DNA of 64,000 bases from a virus (IMGVR_UViG_3300025413_001393:1-64000); one strand, 5' to 3'; positions 18,633-29,012 are shown, numbered from the stretch's first letter. The notes: a model not told the origin generated them from the letters alone. Made by a program: numbers and translations.

Positions 18633-18871
18633 ACTTTAGAAAATTAGTACTAGAAGCTTTTGAGAAAGAAAAGAAAGAAGGTCTTCATGGCTGGTTTTCT
18701 CGCAACCACGGCAAAGGCTGGGTGGATTGTAAAACAGGAAAGCCGTGTGGCAGACAAAAAGGAGAAAAAAGAAAAGGCTATCCAGCATGTAGACCGACAA
18801 TGGCTATGTGCAATAGTAGTAAGAACAAAAAGAAAGGATCTAAGAGGATATCTTGGAAAAAGAATAAATAA
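18629..18871 (+). CDS. Small basic Cys-containing protein (DUF5872-like)
   Basis: GLHGWFSRNHGKGWVDCKTGKPCGRQKGEKRKGYPACRPT; start taken at the ATGA overlap (18629). Confidence 0.7.
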   Translation: MNFRKLVLEAFEKEKKEGLHGWFSRNHGKGWVDCKTGKPCGRQKGEKRKGYPACRPTMAMCNSSKNKKKGSKRISWKKNK

Positions 18872-18875
18872 CTTT

Positions 18876-19382
18876 ATGCCTTACAATATTATCAAAAGCG
18901 AAAAAGGAAAATATAAAGTCCGTTATAAAAAGGGCGGTAAGATGCATACTATTCCAGGAGCTTCTGAATCTAAAGAAAAAGCTAAGAAGCGTATTGCTGC
19001 TATTGAAATTAGTAAGCATAACGAAAGTCTTGTAAACGAATTTAACGTTCTCGACAACGAAGACCAACAAGAGATGCCAGCTATTTGGTGGAAGAATATT
19101 AAGATGGAGTCTGCTCCTAATGGCAGAATTGCAATCGAATTTTACGAAGAAACAGGGGAAGAACCTACGTTGGTTCTTTATTATAATCACGAACATGGTT
19201 TTTCTGATGATATCGAAGTTGAGGGAATTCATTACGATGAAGCAGATCAAAATCCTAAATTTGATATGGATCAACTCCAGTTTGCTATATCTGCTGCTGA
19301 AGAAGAAATGAACAAAAGCGAAGAAGACGAAGACAATGAAGAGTTTCAATTTGAAGCTTTGTTTAATTCTTTGATGAAGTGA
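18876..19382 (+). CDS. Hypothetical protein, basic N-half and acidic C-half
   Basis: MPYNIIKSEKGKYKV... starts 5 nt after AATAAATA (18863-18870). The longer ORF-track start (18660) overlaps the upstream gene. Confidence 0.65.
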   Translation: MPYNIIKSEKGKYKVRYKKGGKMHTIPGASESKEKAKKRIAAIEISKHNESLVNEFNVLDNEDQQEMPAIWWKNIKMESAPNGRIAIEFYEETGEEPTLVLYYNHEHGFSDDIEVEGIHYDEADQNPKFDMDQLQFAISAAEEEMNKSEEDEDNEEFQFEALFNSLMK

Positions 19383-19828
19383 ACCGGAAAAGAACGCAAA
19401 AGTATAAACAAGGTATTTATGCGTGTATATACCCAGAAAAATATCGGGGTACCTTTCCCATATACTATCGCAGCTCGTATGAATTACGAGTATGTAGACT
19501 GCTCGATAACAACCCAAATATTATTTCATGGGGATCAGAATCTGTTATAGTACCTTATCAAAACCCTCTTACTGGTAGAGTCTCAAGATATTTTATCGAT
19601 TTCAATGTTACAATGAGAGATAAAGAAGGAACTCTTAAAAAGTTTCTTATCGAAATAAAGCCTCACGCTCAGACTCTTCCTCCAGTACAAACAAGAAACA
19701 CAAAGTCTCTATTAAGAAGACAAGGAGAGTATATTAAGAATCAAAAGAAATGGGAAGCGGCCCGAGCTTTTGCTGCTAAACACGGAAGCGAATTTGTAGT
19801 GCTTACTGAGAAGCACCTTAACTTTTAA
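19379..19828 (+). CDS. gp4: Head completion protein (T4 gp4 family)
   Basis: YKQGIY..IYPEKYRG, YRSSYE, DNNPNIISWGSE...PY, RYFIDF, LIEIKP, NQKKWEAARAFA, FVVLTE. Confidence 0.92.
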   Translation: MNRKRTQKYKQGIYACIYPEKYRGTFPIYYRSSYELRVCRLLDNNPNIISWGSESVIVPYQNPLTGRVSRYFIDFNVTMRDKEGTLKKFLIEIKPHAQTLPPVQTRNTKSLLRRQGEYIKNQKKWEAARAFAAKHGSEFVVLTEKHLNF

Positions 19829-21570
19829 AGTTCAGCATCTGCTGTCCACTGCAAATATCCATCGGTTTGGCTAGCTACAGTTACAGTAGCTGTTATAAAA
19901 TTATTTTCCGATACTGCGTTTATAGGAGTAACAAGTGATTGATTTGTACCCGGAGTAGTAGTATTGTAAACAGAGAACTTATTCACTGTTCCATCGATTG
20001 CATAGCCTGTAACGGTGGGATTAGTTCTCTTCGAAGCTCTAAAAGGTATACACCAACTGTAGTTATTAGATACAGGATAAATGTGATAGATGCCAATATT
20101 AGTATTAGTACCAGGTTTAACATTTAAATTATAACTCTTTTCATAGTACCTCTGACAAAGAGCTAATTCTGTTCCAATTGGACGATGTTCAAACGGTGTA
20201 GCAATCGAACCTTCTTCAAGTTGAACTTCACTAATATATATGGTCTGTCCAGCCAAAAGCGGAAAACTATCAACTGGGTAAATAGCTATTCCGTTAGCTC
20301 CATTAGAAGGAACTGTAAATGTAAATGTAAAAGTTTGTAGGGTATTTGTGATAGTATAATTGCTAGCAAAAAACCCGATGCCACCGCCTTCTGTATATGC
20401 ATCATTTGCCCCTTGAGCATATGTAGCGACTACTTGTGTGTTAATCGACGCTCCATTAGATTGTGCTTTAAATGACAAAGTAACTGTTTTTTCAACAAGA
20501 TCATAGCAATTGGAAGACTCAATACGTTGACCGAATGCTGTATACGTATTACCAGCTCCACCTGTCATAGCTATTGCATATTTTGTACCAGGCCAGGCAG
20601 TTACTACTTGTTGTACAGCCATACTACTACCCATTGATTGAAAAAACCAACGATCTATTGAACCATAAAAAGCATTAGCACTATTAGCTACTGTATAAGG
20701 ATTACCAGCGCTTCTCTGATCAATACGCATATCCCCATTGATAATTTTATTTCTAAAACCAGTATAGCTAGGTTGAATGTTATTAACAGCATTTAAAACT
20801 TGCTGAGCGCTAAGTCCAAAGTTATTAAGAGTTTGATTTGTAGCATATTTGATGCAAGGAAGAAGAGCTACGTTTTTAGGACGAGTTTCAGATCCAACGT
20901 TAGCGTTTACTGGTGTTACTTTAGTGTAGCTTGAAGGAGTAGTGCTCCAACCATCACCGTCTGTAAATATTCCATTACCACCTGTAGATCCAGTATTATA
21001 ACCTCTTCCGTTTTGAAGCTGCATTACTATGTTTACAGCTGAGCCAGGAACTACTCCAGTTTCAGCACTCAAATCAAACTTTTGAAATTGATCATTTTGT
21101 TTGCTACCAAACGATCTTCCGGAATCAACTCCAAGACCATGATCCCAACCTCTTACAAACTGTCCACGAAGATCGGGAAGATTAAACGTGTTTCCAGAAC
21201 CTCCGTAAGTATAATCAATAACGTTAAACAAATCTAGATAATTTGCTTTTGATAAAGACTGTCCGTTACATTCAAACCATCCGGCAGGAGGTGTTGAATC
21301 AGCAAAAAATATTATAGTACCAATTGGTACACTGTCTCCTGCATTTGAGCCCTCAATAGTCAGTGTGTTTTTTCCATCAGATTTTACATTAATACCGTTA
21401 GTTCCTACTAAACTTACACCAGTAATGCCTGTACCAACATGACCAAGAAGTTGGTTTGTGTCTAATTGCACGTCTTGAGGTTGAGCTATACTTGGAAGAG
21501 GATTTGCTTTAACGGTATTGCCGTTCATTTGCTGCAATTCCAAATTACTAACTAGTGTTTTAGTACTCAT
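19825..21570 (-). CDS. Tail fibre with tail-collar domain and C-terminal carbohydrate-binding-like module
   Basis: Collar VPIGTIIFFA...PPAGWFECNGQ...LFNVI.YTYGG...FNLPDLRGQFVRGWDHG; NKIINGDMRIDQR...QLEEGSIATPFEHRPIGTELALCQRYY. Confidence 0.85.
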   Translation of the reverse strand: MSTKTLVSNLELQQMNGNTVKANPLPSIAQPQDVQLDTNQLLGHVGTGITGVSLVGTNGINVKSDGKNTLTIEGSNAGDSVPIGTIIFFADSTPPAGWFECNGQSLSKANYLDLFNVIDYTYGGSGNTFNLPDLRGQFVRGWDHGLGVDSGRSFGSKQNDQFQKFDLSAETGVVPGSAVNIVMQLQNGRGYNTGSTGGNGIFTDGDGWSTTPSSYTKVTPVNANVGSETRPKNVALLPCIKYATNQTLNNFGLSAQQVLNAVNNIQPSYTGFRNKIINGDMRIDQRSAGNPYTVANSANAFYGSIDRWFFQSMGSSMAVQQVVTAWPGTKYAIAMTGGAGNTYTAFGQRIESSNCYDLVEKTVTLSFKAQSNGASINTQVVATYAQGANDAYTEGGGIGFFASNYTITNTLQTFTFTFTVPSNGANGIAIYPVDSFPLLAGQTIYISEVQLEEGSIATPFEHRPIGTELALCQRYYEKSYNLNVKPGTNTNIGIYHIYPVSNNYSWCIPFRASKRTNPTVTGYAIDGTVNKFSVYNTTTPGTNQSLVTPINAVSENNFITATVTVASQTDGYLQWTADAEL

Positions 21571-21595
21571 TGTATTATTTAATAACTAAACAGGT

Positions 21596-23224
21596 TTAAT
21601 AACTACCATGATTAAAATACGGACTAGTAATAGTATTCATATCAAAATCTTTGACGTGCTGATAACTTAATATTTTATCTGGGTAGTCATAACCACACAC
21701 ATATACGTCTCCATTTGGCAATAGGCTACTTCCACCGTATCCGTAGATACCAGTGTTGGAAATAAGTTTTATTTGTATAGTAGTGTTGCTGTAAGGATTA
21801 TATATTATACCATAAGACGCACACCACGGAGGAAAAAATAAATTACCATTAGGCAATAAAGTACCTCCGCTATAGTTTAAGACGTTACCAGGGGAAGAGT
21901 TATGCCACCCTAAAACGCCTGTAGTTGTATGGCTATTAGCAACAGGGTCGTATATTAAAGCTCCTGTAGAATTAGCATTATTTGGTGCAGCTACTACCTT
22001 ACCTTCAGCAGTTAACCTACCACCAAACCATCCACCAGTAGTTGTAGGAATCGTACCTCCAGCAGCAGTAAAACTGTTTGTGCTTGGATTGTATATCCAA
22101 GCTGAATTAGAACCTGTAGCTCCGTTTCCGGGTATTCTGTATACACGACCGTCTCTTAAGGTACAACACGTCCACGAATTGCCTGTTGGAGCATTAATTG
22201 ATTCCGTCGTAGTGTTTGTTACAGGATCGTATATTGTTGCTTTGACGTCAGAAGTATTAGGATTGCAATATATTCTACCATCTGGCAATAAAACAGAATT
22301 ATAAAAATTCTTTTGCCAATGAGCTAATGTACCTCCACATTGTGTTGCAGTTCCTGCTACTAAATTGAGTATTGATCCGTATATTGTCATTCCTGCGTGG
22401 CCACCTGTTCCACCATACAAATATCCCGTAGGAGTAATAAATACTCTTCCATCCACCATTAAGCAACCTCCTCCGCTTTGGCCGACAACACCGGAAGCGA
22501 GATAACCTCCACCAGATTTAGAACTAAAAATAAAACCATCAAAAGAAAATACGTTACCGTCTCCTAAGACTATAGTTCCTTCGCCCTTACCCGTACCTTG
22601 ACCACCTGGCTCGGATACTGATATTGCGGCTGACATAACAGGTACAGCTGCATTAACTGCAACCACACTTTGTAAGTATGCAGTAAAATCATCGCTTCTA
22701 CTAATTTGTTGAGATATTCTATTTGAACCAGTTTCGTCTGTAAGGAGTTTATTTGTTTGTCCAGCAAACCAACATGGTGCTGAGAGGGCAGGAGTTAACA
22801 ATTGTGTAATTAAATTAGAAAGATTGTTACCATCTATTCTAATAGTGTTGCCGCTAGTACTGGTTTGAATTCCGTTAATACCTTGAAGTCTAATTGCAGT
22901 TAAACCATTTGTAGCATTACCAAGAACCGTGTTAACAGGAATATTAAGTCCTGTTAAACCTACAGCGCCTGAAGGATTGCAAAATACTTGGTTCTCGCCA
23001 ATATTTAAAGCAGTTAAGCCCACACCAGCTCCTGATGGATTACATACAACTTGATTATCAGCAATAGTAATAGAACCAAGACCGCCTGAAAAATTAGCAA
23101 CAAGCTGATTTGAACTTACAACCATATCATATGGCTGACCCTGACTATTAGTTGGATTAGCTTTAATGCTGTTAGCAGGCATGCTGCTAAGCTCGAAGTT
23201 TGAAACTACTGTTTTAGTGGCCAT
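21596..23224 (-). CDS. Tail fibre/receptor-binding protein with kelch-like propeller repeats
   Basis: Repeats VLLPDGRIYCNP, TLRDGRVYRIP, LTAEGKVVAAP, LLPNGNLFFPP, LLPNGDVYV. Confidence 0.7.
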   Translation of the reverse strand: MATKTVVSNFELSSMPANSIKANPTNSQGQPYDMVVSSNQLVANFSGGLGSITIADNQVVCNPSGAGVGLTALNIGENQVFCNPSGAVGLTGLNIPVNTVLGNATNGLTAIRLQGINGIQTSTSGNTIRIDGNNLSNLITQLLTPALSAPCWFAGQTNKLLTDETGSNRISQQISRSDDFTAYLQSVVAVNAAVPVMSAAISVSEPGGQGTGKGEGTIVLGDGNVFSFDGFIFSSKSGGGYLASGVVGQSGGGCLMVDGRVFITPTGYLYGGTGGHAGMTIYGSILNLVAGTATQCGGTLAHWQKNFYNSVLLPDGRIYCNPNTSDVKATIYDPVTNTTTESINAPTGNSWTCCTLRDGRVYRIPGNGATGSNSAWIYNPSTNSFTAAGGTIPTTTGGWFGGRLTAEGKVVAAPNNANSTGALIYDPVANSHTTTGVLGWHNSSPGNVLNYSGGTLLPNGNLFFPPWCASYGIIYNPYSNTTIQIKLISNTGIYGYGGSSLLPNGDVYVCGYDYPDKILSYQHVKDFDMNTITSPYFNHGSY

Positions 23225-23247
23225 AATATATACTTATTAAAGTATAC

Positions 23248-23676
23248 TTATAAAAAGAAAACGTAAACATCTTCTCCTACTACAGACGTAGAAATATTTT
23301 TGTAACTCATATTTGAGTCATTTAACGATTTAACAAAACCAGGCCATTCTTTAATAGTTGTTTTGGCTACTCGGCCTGATACCGAATTTGCTTGAACTGC
23401 AGGAATTGCAGCAAACAAATTTTCAACATTCTGTAACGTATTTGTACTTTTAGCATATTGATACAATACTGTGCCAATTGCAGTTGCATTCATAGTTACG
23501 TACGTTGATACTTTACTCTTGCAAGAACAATGTTCATTTACTGATGCACTTTCTATATCTGCTGTAATAGAAGGAGCTGCTTTAATAAACAAATCTTTAA
23601 ACGAAGAATCTACAGCTATTAGTTGTAAAACAACTGAGCCAAGTAACGGAGATGCAATATATTCGTCGAATGTCAT
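23248..23676 (-). CDS. Hypothetical protein
   Basis: 142-aa ORF in a packed operon; HCSC motif. Confidence 0.55.
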   Translation of the reverse strand: MTFDEYIASPLLGSVVLQLIAVDSSFKDLFIKAAPSITADIESASVNEHCSCKSKVSTYVTMNATAIGTVLYQYAKSTNTLQNVENLFAAIPAVQANSVSGRVAKTTIKEWPGFVKSLNDSNMSYKNISTSVVGEDVYVFFL

Positions 23677-23679
23677 ATA

Positions 23680-23988
23680 TTAACTTATAAAATTAATAGA
23701 ACTTTTTTCATTCTTTTTGTATAAAAAACAAGCAAACAAATGTGTTGCTAGACCACAAAATATATTTGTCAAAAGTATACAATCGTGATCCAGTCTTATA
23801 GGATTATACAAAAAAGAAACAACCAAACCAAACCAAAACGAAGAACATTCGGGGCACAAAAACGGTTTACGAATTACAGGAATTGTTGCAATAAAATTTC
23901 GAATTGGCTCAAAAATTTTAGAAAAACTGTACATATAAGATACAGACAAACTCAATAATACAAAATAAAGTAAATTTAACAATAACAT
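23680..23988 (-). CDS. Small membrane protein with CxxC (DUF1360-like)
   Basis: Hydrophobic helices around FLCPECSSFW. Confidence 0.55.
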   Translation of the reverse strand: MLLLNLLYFVLLSLSVSYMYSFSKIFEPIRNFIATIPVIRKPFLCPECSSFWFGLVVSFLYNPIRLDHDCILLTNIFCGLATHLFACFLYKKNEKSSINFIS

Positions 23989-24290
23989 TACACAATAAAA
24001 TTAATAGGTGTTGATATGACTGGTTTAGGATTTATTGGGTTGTTTAGTTCTTCAATTAAATCTACGTAATCATCTGACTCTTCTAATAAAACTCTTTTAA
24101 CGTACTCGTCACAAATAGAAATGATTTGTGATGTTAAATCTTTATCCGGATCTAGTAGAGAAGTAGTTATATTAAAACTCGAATATTCTGTTTTTGAATT
24201 TTTAAACAAAGGAGAATAAGGTCTTACAACAAGACTATCTATTTCCTTATCTTCGCTTATAATATCAAAAGATGTGTTTAATTCTAACAT
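23988..24290 (-). CDS. Hypothetical protein
   Basis: 100-aa ORF abutting both neighbours. Confidence 0.5.
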   Translation of the reverse strand: MLELNTSFDIISEDKEIDSLVVRPYSPLFKNSKTEYSSFNITTSLLDPDKDLTSQIISICDEYVKRVLLEESDDYVDLIEELNNPINPKPVISTPINFIV

Positions 24291-24294
24291 TTTA

Positions 24295-25848
24295 CTAAAC
24301 GTAATTACCTTTTACGTCAGTAGCTTTCAAGTCAGAAAAATTAGTTATATAAGAAGAACCATCAATATATTTACCAGCTGCACCACCTTTGCCTCCTGTA
24401 GCATCAACCAATTCTGTATATTGACTATAAGTTATGGAGACAAAACCACTTCCTCCGGCATATCCATTAAAACTAGCTCCTGAATATTCGACTCCACTTT
24501 TACCTGCACTTTTTCTTCCGCCTTGGTAATTTCCTCCAGCACCACCTTTACCGTACGGGCTATATACCGAAGCTCCGCCAGGAGATGTAGCAGATTCATT
24601 AGTATCTGAAGTATTTGAAGTACCGGGATTTCCCTTTGTTACATTACCGGACCCCCCGGCACCTACATAAGTAGGTCCAGAACCACCACCGCCATACGCA
24701 TTGCCACCACCACCGCCTCCATTCGCAAAACCTAAATTTACACCGCCAACGACAACACCCGAGTCACCACCAGCTTTTCCTGGTGCAGAACCTCCTCCAG
24801 ACCCGTATCCAGCTGCTCCGGCAGCTCCAACTTTTACAGAAATTGTTTGACCTGGCGTAACACTAACAACTGTTGATGAATATCCTCCAGAACCACCACC
24901 AGCACCTATATAAAACCCGTGACTTGTGAGGCCACTTTTTGTATGGCTAGTACCGCCACCGCCGCCGCCACCGCCACCAACAGCAACAACAGTTATGTTC
25001 GTAACGCCAGCTGGAACTAGCCAATCAAGCGAATCCGTAAACGTTACAGTAACGGGTGGAGTTAACGTTTTATCTAAAAAAGAACCAGGTGCTCCAGGAT
25101 TTCCAGGATAACCTGGTTGACCTCCTTTACCGTTTGCAGTAGTACCAGTTCCTGTATCAGCATTACCGTCTGTTCCGTCTATTCCATTCGAAAAAGTAGT
25201 TGATGGACAGTGTAATTTTTTGCAATTATAATGAGTTTGATTATAACAAGTACAACCAGCATAACAATCGCTATAATAACAACCAGTACCATACGTTGTT
25301 GCAGGAATAGCTGGATTTGGATTGGTTCCACCGCCTGATGTGTAGTAGCCAGGACACGAATTGCTACCGCATGTATAACCCGTACTCGTGTTAACTGTTT
25401 CAGAAGTGGTCTTAATACCACCAGAACCGCCTCCACCTCCACCACCACCATAAACAGTTCCGTTGTTTATAATCGTGCAGGTAGTAGTGGCTAGAATTGC
25501 TGTTCCCCCAGGTTGACCGTCGCTGCCAGCATATTTTGTGGCACTAGTACCTCCTACTCCATTTGCTCCTCCTCCTCCGTGTATATTACCGTTGTTGATA
25601 ATTGTTACTAAATCATCGTATGCAGCATCTCTAAACGAAAAAACTAATATAGCTGGAAGTGTTGCATCGTTGGAGCTAACTGTAACTCCTGGTTCAATCG
25701 TAAGAAGCATTCGAAGTCTTTCAACTCCATTCCAACCTAATGCTTTAGCTTTATTGTATACGTTTAAGTTTGTCGTATTAGTAGAAATTGAGCCAATAAC
25801 ATTATAATACTGACCAGCTATAACTCCGGACTTATATCCATTTAACAT
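24295..25848 (-). CDS. Glycine-rich adhesin-like fibre-tip protein (gp38-like)
   Basis: INNGNIHGGGG, INNGTVYGGGGGGGGSGG, C-terminal GGKGGAAGKYIDG; internal WLVPAGVTNITVVAVGGGGGGG module. Confidence 0.7.
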   Translation of the reverse strand: MLNGYKSGVIAGQYYNVIGSISTNTTNLNVYNKAKALGWNGVERLRMLLTIEPGVTVSSNDATLPAILVFSFRDAAYDDLVTIINNGNIHGGGGANGVGGTSATKYAGSDGQPGGTAILATTTCTIINNGTVYGGGGGGGGSGGIKTTSETVNTSTGYTCGSNSCPGYYTSGGGTNPNPAIPATTYGTGCYYSDCYAGCTCYNQTHYNCKKLHCPSTTFSNGIDGTDGNADTGTGTTANGKGGQPGYPGNPGAPGSFLDKTLTPPVTVTFTDSLDWLVPAGVTNITVVAVGGGGGGGGGTSHTKSGLTSHGFYIGAGGGSGGYSSTVVSVTPGQTISVKVGAAGAAGYGSGGGSAPGKAGGDSGVVVGGVNLGFANGGGGGGNAYGGGGSGPTYVGAGGSGNVTKGNPGTSNTSDTNESATSPGGASVYSPYGKGGAGGNYQGGRKSAGKSGVEYSGASFNGYAGGSGFVSITYSQYTELVDATGGKGGAAGKYIDGSSYITNFSDLKATDVKGNYV

Positions 25849-25860
25849 ATATTAAAGTAG

Positions 25861-28533
25861 TTATGATTTAAGATCTCCATAGAGAACCCAACCAATAACA
25901 GAATTCATATAAACCAGAGATGCTGCAGAGTATGGTTGAGCTAATTTGAATTGATTGTATGGCTGTCTAACGATAGCACCAGGCTTTGGAACAATCGTTG
26001 TTGTGCCTGTTCCTAACTGTATAATGTTAACTTCGTAACCTGGTGTGTCAAGAGTAGCTGGGATATATACTGTATTTGCAGCAGCACTACTTAAACCAAT
26101 TGTTGTATTAGAATCCGAAGTTGAACCAATTGTATACTGGAGTCCGCTAGAAGCTGAAAGAATTTGAATTTTTGAAGCTAACGAAGCGGCGTTTACATCA
26201 TTTCGCAAACCATCAATGACGGATGAAAGGTTATTAATTTGAGTAGTGTGAGTACTAACCGTGCTCTTAGTAGTATTAAGGCTATTGTTGAGAGTTGAAC
26301 CGTCAACACTTAAAATGTTACCAGAACTATTCAGTGTAATACCGTTAACACCAGTTAATGAAACAGATGCAACACTTCCAGTTATATTACCGACAAATTG
26401 ATAAGGAGCTAATTGTGTACTGCCAAGACCGAGTGTTGTAAGTCCTGTACCAAGGTTTGCAACAATATGATTAGGAAGTACTGCAAAACTTGTACCACTT
26501 GCTGTAGAACCAGTTGGGTTAGCTAATAAACTTTGAGCGTCAAGTGTTGGATTATAAGATGCTCCAACAGTTGGTGAAACATTGGCAACAACAACAATTT
26601 TTTCGTTAGCTAAAACTGGTGTTAAGAATGTAATAGTTGAAGTATAAACGTTGTTTGAGAGAACAGTAGCTACAGTATAATCGTTGATTGGATCTTGAGT
26701 TACACCGTTTAAATCTACTCGATAACTAGCAGTCGAAGGGGGAAGAGGAGAATAAGATGTAAGAGAAACTGTTGAAGTTGGACCATAAGCTGTTATAACG
26801 GCAGGTTGAGTAAACAAACTTTGAACTATTTGATCTACGTATTGTTTGTTGACTAAAGCGTATGTAGTAATTTTTGGTGTATACGAGGCGTTAGTCGTTA
26901 TTAAGTTTGCATCAATATTAACTGGTCCTGTGAGTGTACCACCAGCTAAAGGTAGATATGAAGTCGAACCGACAAAATTGGCAGTTACAACATTATCGCC
27001 GTTTACTGTAAAATTAATTGTAGAAGAATCGTTAAATGTATTAGTAGATGTCAATATGGTTGTTTTAACAGCTGATGATATTTGTTGATCAACATAAGCT
27101 TTGTTTGTTAATTCTACTGGATTTCCAGGGGAAACTGCGCTTGAAATGTTTCCAGTAATCGTACTACCACTCTTTAGTACATAATTGTTAAGAGCGGTTG
27201 TATTAGCTCCAACAACAGTATCGACATAATCTTTATTTGCTAATTCGTTAGAAACTGTTGGTTGATTGTTAGCAAAAAATCTAAATGAACTACCATTAAG
27301 TGTTGCAGACATTAAAGTATTAAATGTCACATTCGGAGAAGAATTCAAATTTAAAATATTAGAGCTTACATCAAGAGCGTCTCCACGATTAAAAATTAAA
27401 CCACCAGTTCCAACAATAAATGGTGCAGGGAAAGCGGGATCAAATTGTACGCCTAGCAAATTGTTATTGACATATAGAGTTTTATCAGTAGTCAATTTCC
27501 ATGTTAGTGTGTTGTTGTTTGTAGTAATTACAATAGGAGAATTTGCAAATACAGAACTTGCAAAAAGAGAAAAGGAAGAATCATTAAGAGTGGTGTTTAA
27601 ACCAAGAACATTGTTTATTACAGTAAGAGTATTATCATATTGAATACCAATACCCGTTAAACTCGAAACAATTGCACCCGAAGGGCTTAAGTTTACGCTT
27701 AAGTTGCCATTATTGTTAATCAACGAACTATCGTGATCTACGTCAAATGTAAAAATATTATTGTTATTGTATAATGACACAATAGAACCAGACGATAAGT
27801 GATTTGATAATGTTGTTGCAAAACCAGCATTAGTATTATGGTTCAGACCTAAATTTCCGTTAACAATGCTTAGCGTTTCATCTCTATTGAGTGTTAAACC
27901 GTTATTACCAATTGTTAATCCAGTCTCGATATTTGGATTTACGCTGAGAGCTCCACCAGATACGTATAAAGAAGAATTATACGGTAAACCAAATTGTAAT
28001 TGAGTTCCAGCGTTTGTATAGGTAAGAGGAGATGTTGCTGAAAGCAGAGGAGCTAGATGACCTACGCTAACAACGTCTGATGAAGCAACTTTGAGTACAT
28101 TACCTTCAATTAAAAGAGAGCTGTCAATCGAAAGACCAATTCCTCCTCCGTTTGGATCAAGTTGTAAACCTCCACCAGCCAATAACTTAACACTCAAATT
28201 GTTATTGTTGTTATATAATGACGAATCGTAAGCTATTGATAAATTCAGCAAATCTCCGTTTACAGGAGTAATGTTTATAGGTGTTAGAGCGGAAATTTTC
28301 TTGAAAAGTAAAGTAGTGCCGTTTGTTGAATCAGAAAGAGATTTTGTAGTTCCAATTAACGAATAACCACCAAGATTTGTAGCGTCAGCTGTTGTATATA
28401 AAAATGCTGCACCAGGAAGACTAATTGTCGAATAACTTCCATTATACCCTCTAGCTAAGGGTACCAAATCCGTATTTGATAACGTAAGAGTTTGTGGCTT
28501 GGGTAAATTGGAGATTCTTGTTCCTGTGCTCAT
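25861..28533 (-). CDS. Long tail fibre-like protein
   Basis: N-terminal RISNLP...TDLVPL, repeated short beta-strand units (LSVN, LGLN), ANKDYVD/TNKAYVD/VNKQYVD repeats, C-terminal VNIIQLGTG...YSAASL module. Confidence 0.75.
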   Translation of the reverse strand: MSTGTRISNLPKPQTLTLSNTDLVPLARGYNGSYSTISLPGAAFLYTTADATNLGGYSLIGTTKSLSDSTNGTTLLFKKISALTPINITPVNGDLLNLSIAYDSSLYNNNNNLSVKLLAGGGLQLDPNGGGIGLSIDSSLLIEGNVLKVASSDVVSVGHLAPLLSATSPLTYTNAGTQLQFGLPYNSSLYVSGGALSVNPNIETGLTIGNNGLTLNRDETLSIVNGNLGLNHNTNAGFATTLSNHLSSGSIVSLYNNNNIFTFDVDHDSSLINNNGNLSVNLSPSGAIVSSLTGIGIQYDNTLTVINNVLGLNTTLNDSSFSLFASSVFANSPIVITTNNNTLTWKLTTDKTLYVNNNLLGVQFDPAFPAPFIVGTGGLIFNRGDALDVSSNILNLNSSPNVTFNTLMSATLNGSSFRFFANNQPTVSNELANKDYVDTVVGANTTALNNYVLKSGSTITGNISSAVSPGNPVELTNKAYVDQQISSAVKTTILTSTNTFNDSSTINFTVNGDNVVTANFVGSTSYLPLAGGTLTGPVNIDANLITTNASYTPKITTYALVNKQYVDQIVQSLFTQPAVITAYGPTSTVSLTSYSPLPPSTASYRVDLNGVTQDPINDYTVATVLSNNVYTSTITFLTPVLANEKIVVVANVSPTVGASYNPTLDAQSLLANPTGSTASGTSFAVLPNHIVANLGTGLTTLGLGSTQLAPYQFVGNITGSVASVSLTGVNGITLNSSGNILSVDGSTLNNSLNTTKSTVSTHTTQINNLSSVIDGLRNDVNAASLASKIQILSASSGLQYTIGSTSDSNTTIGLSSAAANTVYIPATLDTPGYEVNIIQLGTGTTTIVPKPGAIVRQPYNQFKLAQPYSAASLVYMNSVIGWVLYGDLKS

Positions 28534-28577
28534 AGATGTTTAAGATTTAATTTATTTATCAATTAATTTTTTTATTA

Positions 28578-29012
28578 CTAGGTTGACGTGTCGTATACAA
28601 ATTCTCCCGTCAAAAGAGGACCGCTGGCGTTTGGATTTGTTGTTAAGTTGCCATCCAGACCGTTTATAATTGTAAAATCTTCCACGGTAATTGGCGTATC
28701 ATCTTCTTCAAGAGCAATATAAAACTCAACTATCTTTAAAGCTGTTTTAAATTCTTGAATAAAACCTTGATCAACGTTTACATTGGCTATTGGCGTATTA
28801 GTTAAATCATTGATAGTAAAAGCTTCCTGTAGATAAGGTTGATCTACATTAGTATTGAGTATGTAAGTATCTGTTCCATCAACTACAATGTATTGTTCTT
28901 CGAGAACATCAGGCTCGAGAAGTACAAATCCGTCTCTTAGAAAAAACGTACTACCGTTATTTCCTTTTACTCTAAGGTAAGGTACTGGTACATTTTTAAT
29001 ATTAATGCTCAT
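28578..29012 (-). CDS. Hypothetical protein
   Basis: 144-aa ORF. Confidence 0.55.
   Translation of the reverse strand: MSINIKNVPVPYLRVKGNNGSTFFLRDGFVLLEPDVLEEQYIVVDGTDTYILNTNVDQPYLQEAFTINDLTNTPIANVNVDQGFIQEFKTALKIVEFYIALEEDDTPITVEDFTIINGLDGNLTTNPNASGPLLTGEFVYDTST

Noticed and set aside
18660-19517. Long 240-aa start for the 19382-ending ORF, and the 225-aa antisense ORF 18840-19517
   Set aside because: The extension overlaps a better gene (18629-18871), and a late box sits just before ATG 18876. The antisense ORF is the Phe-rich mirror of Lys/Glu codons.
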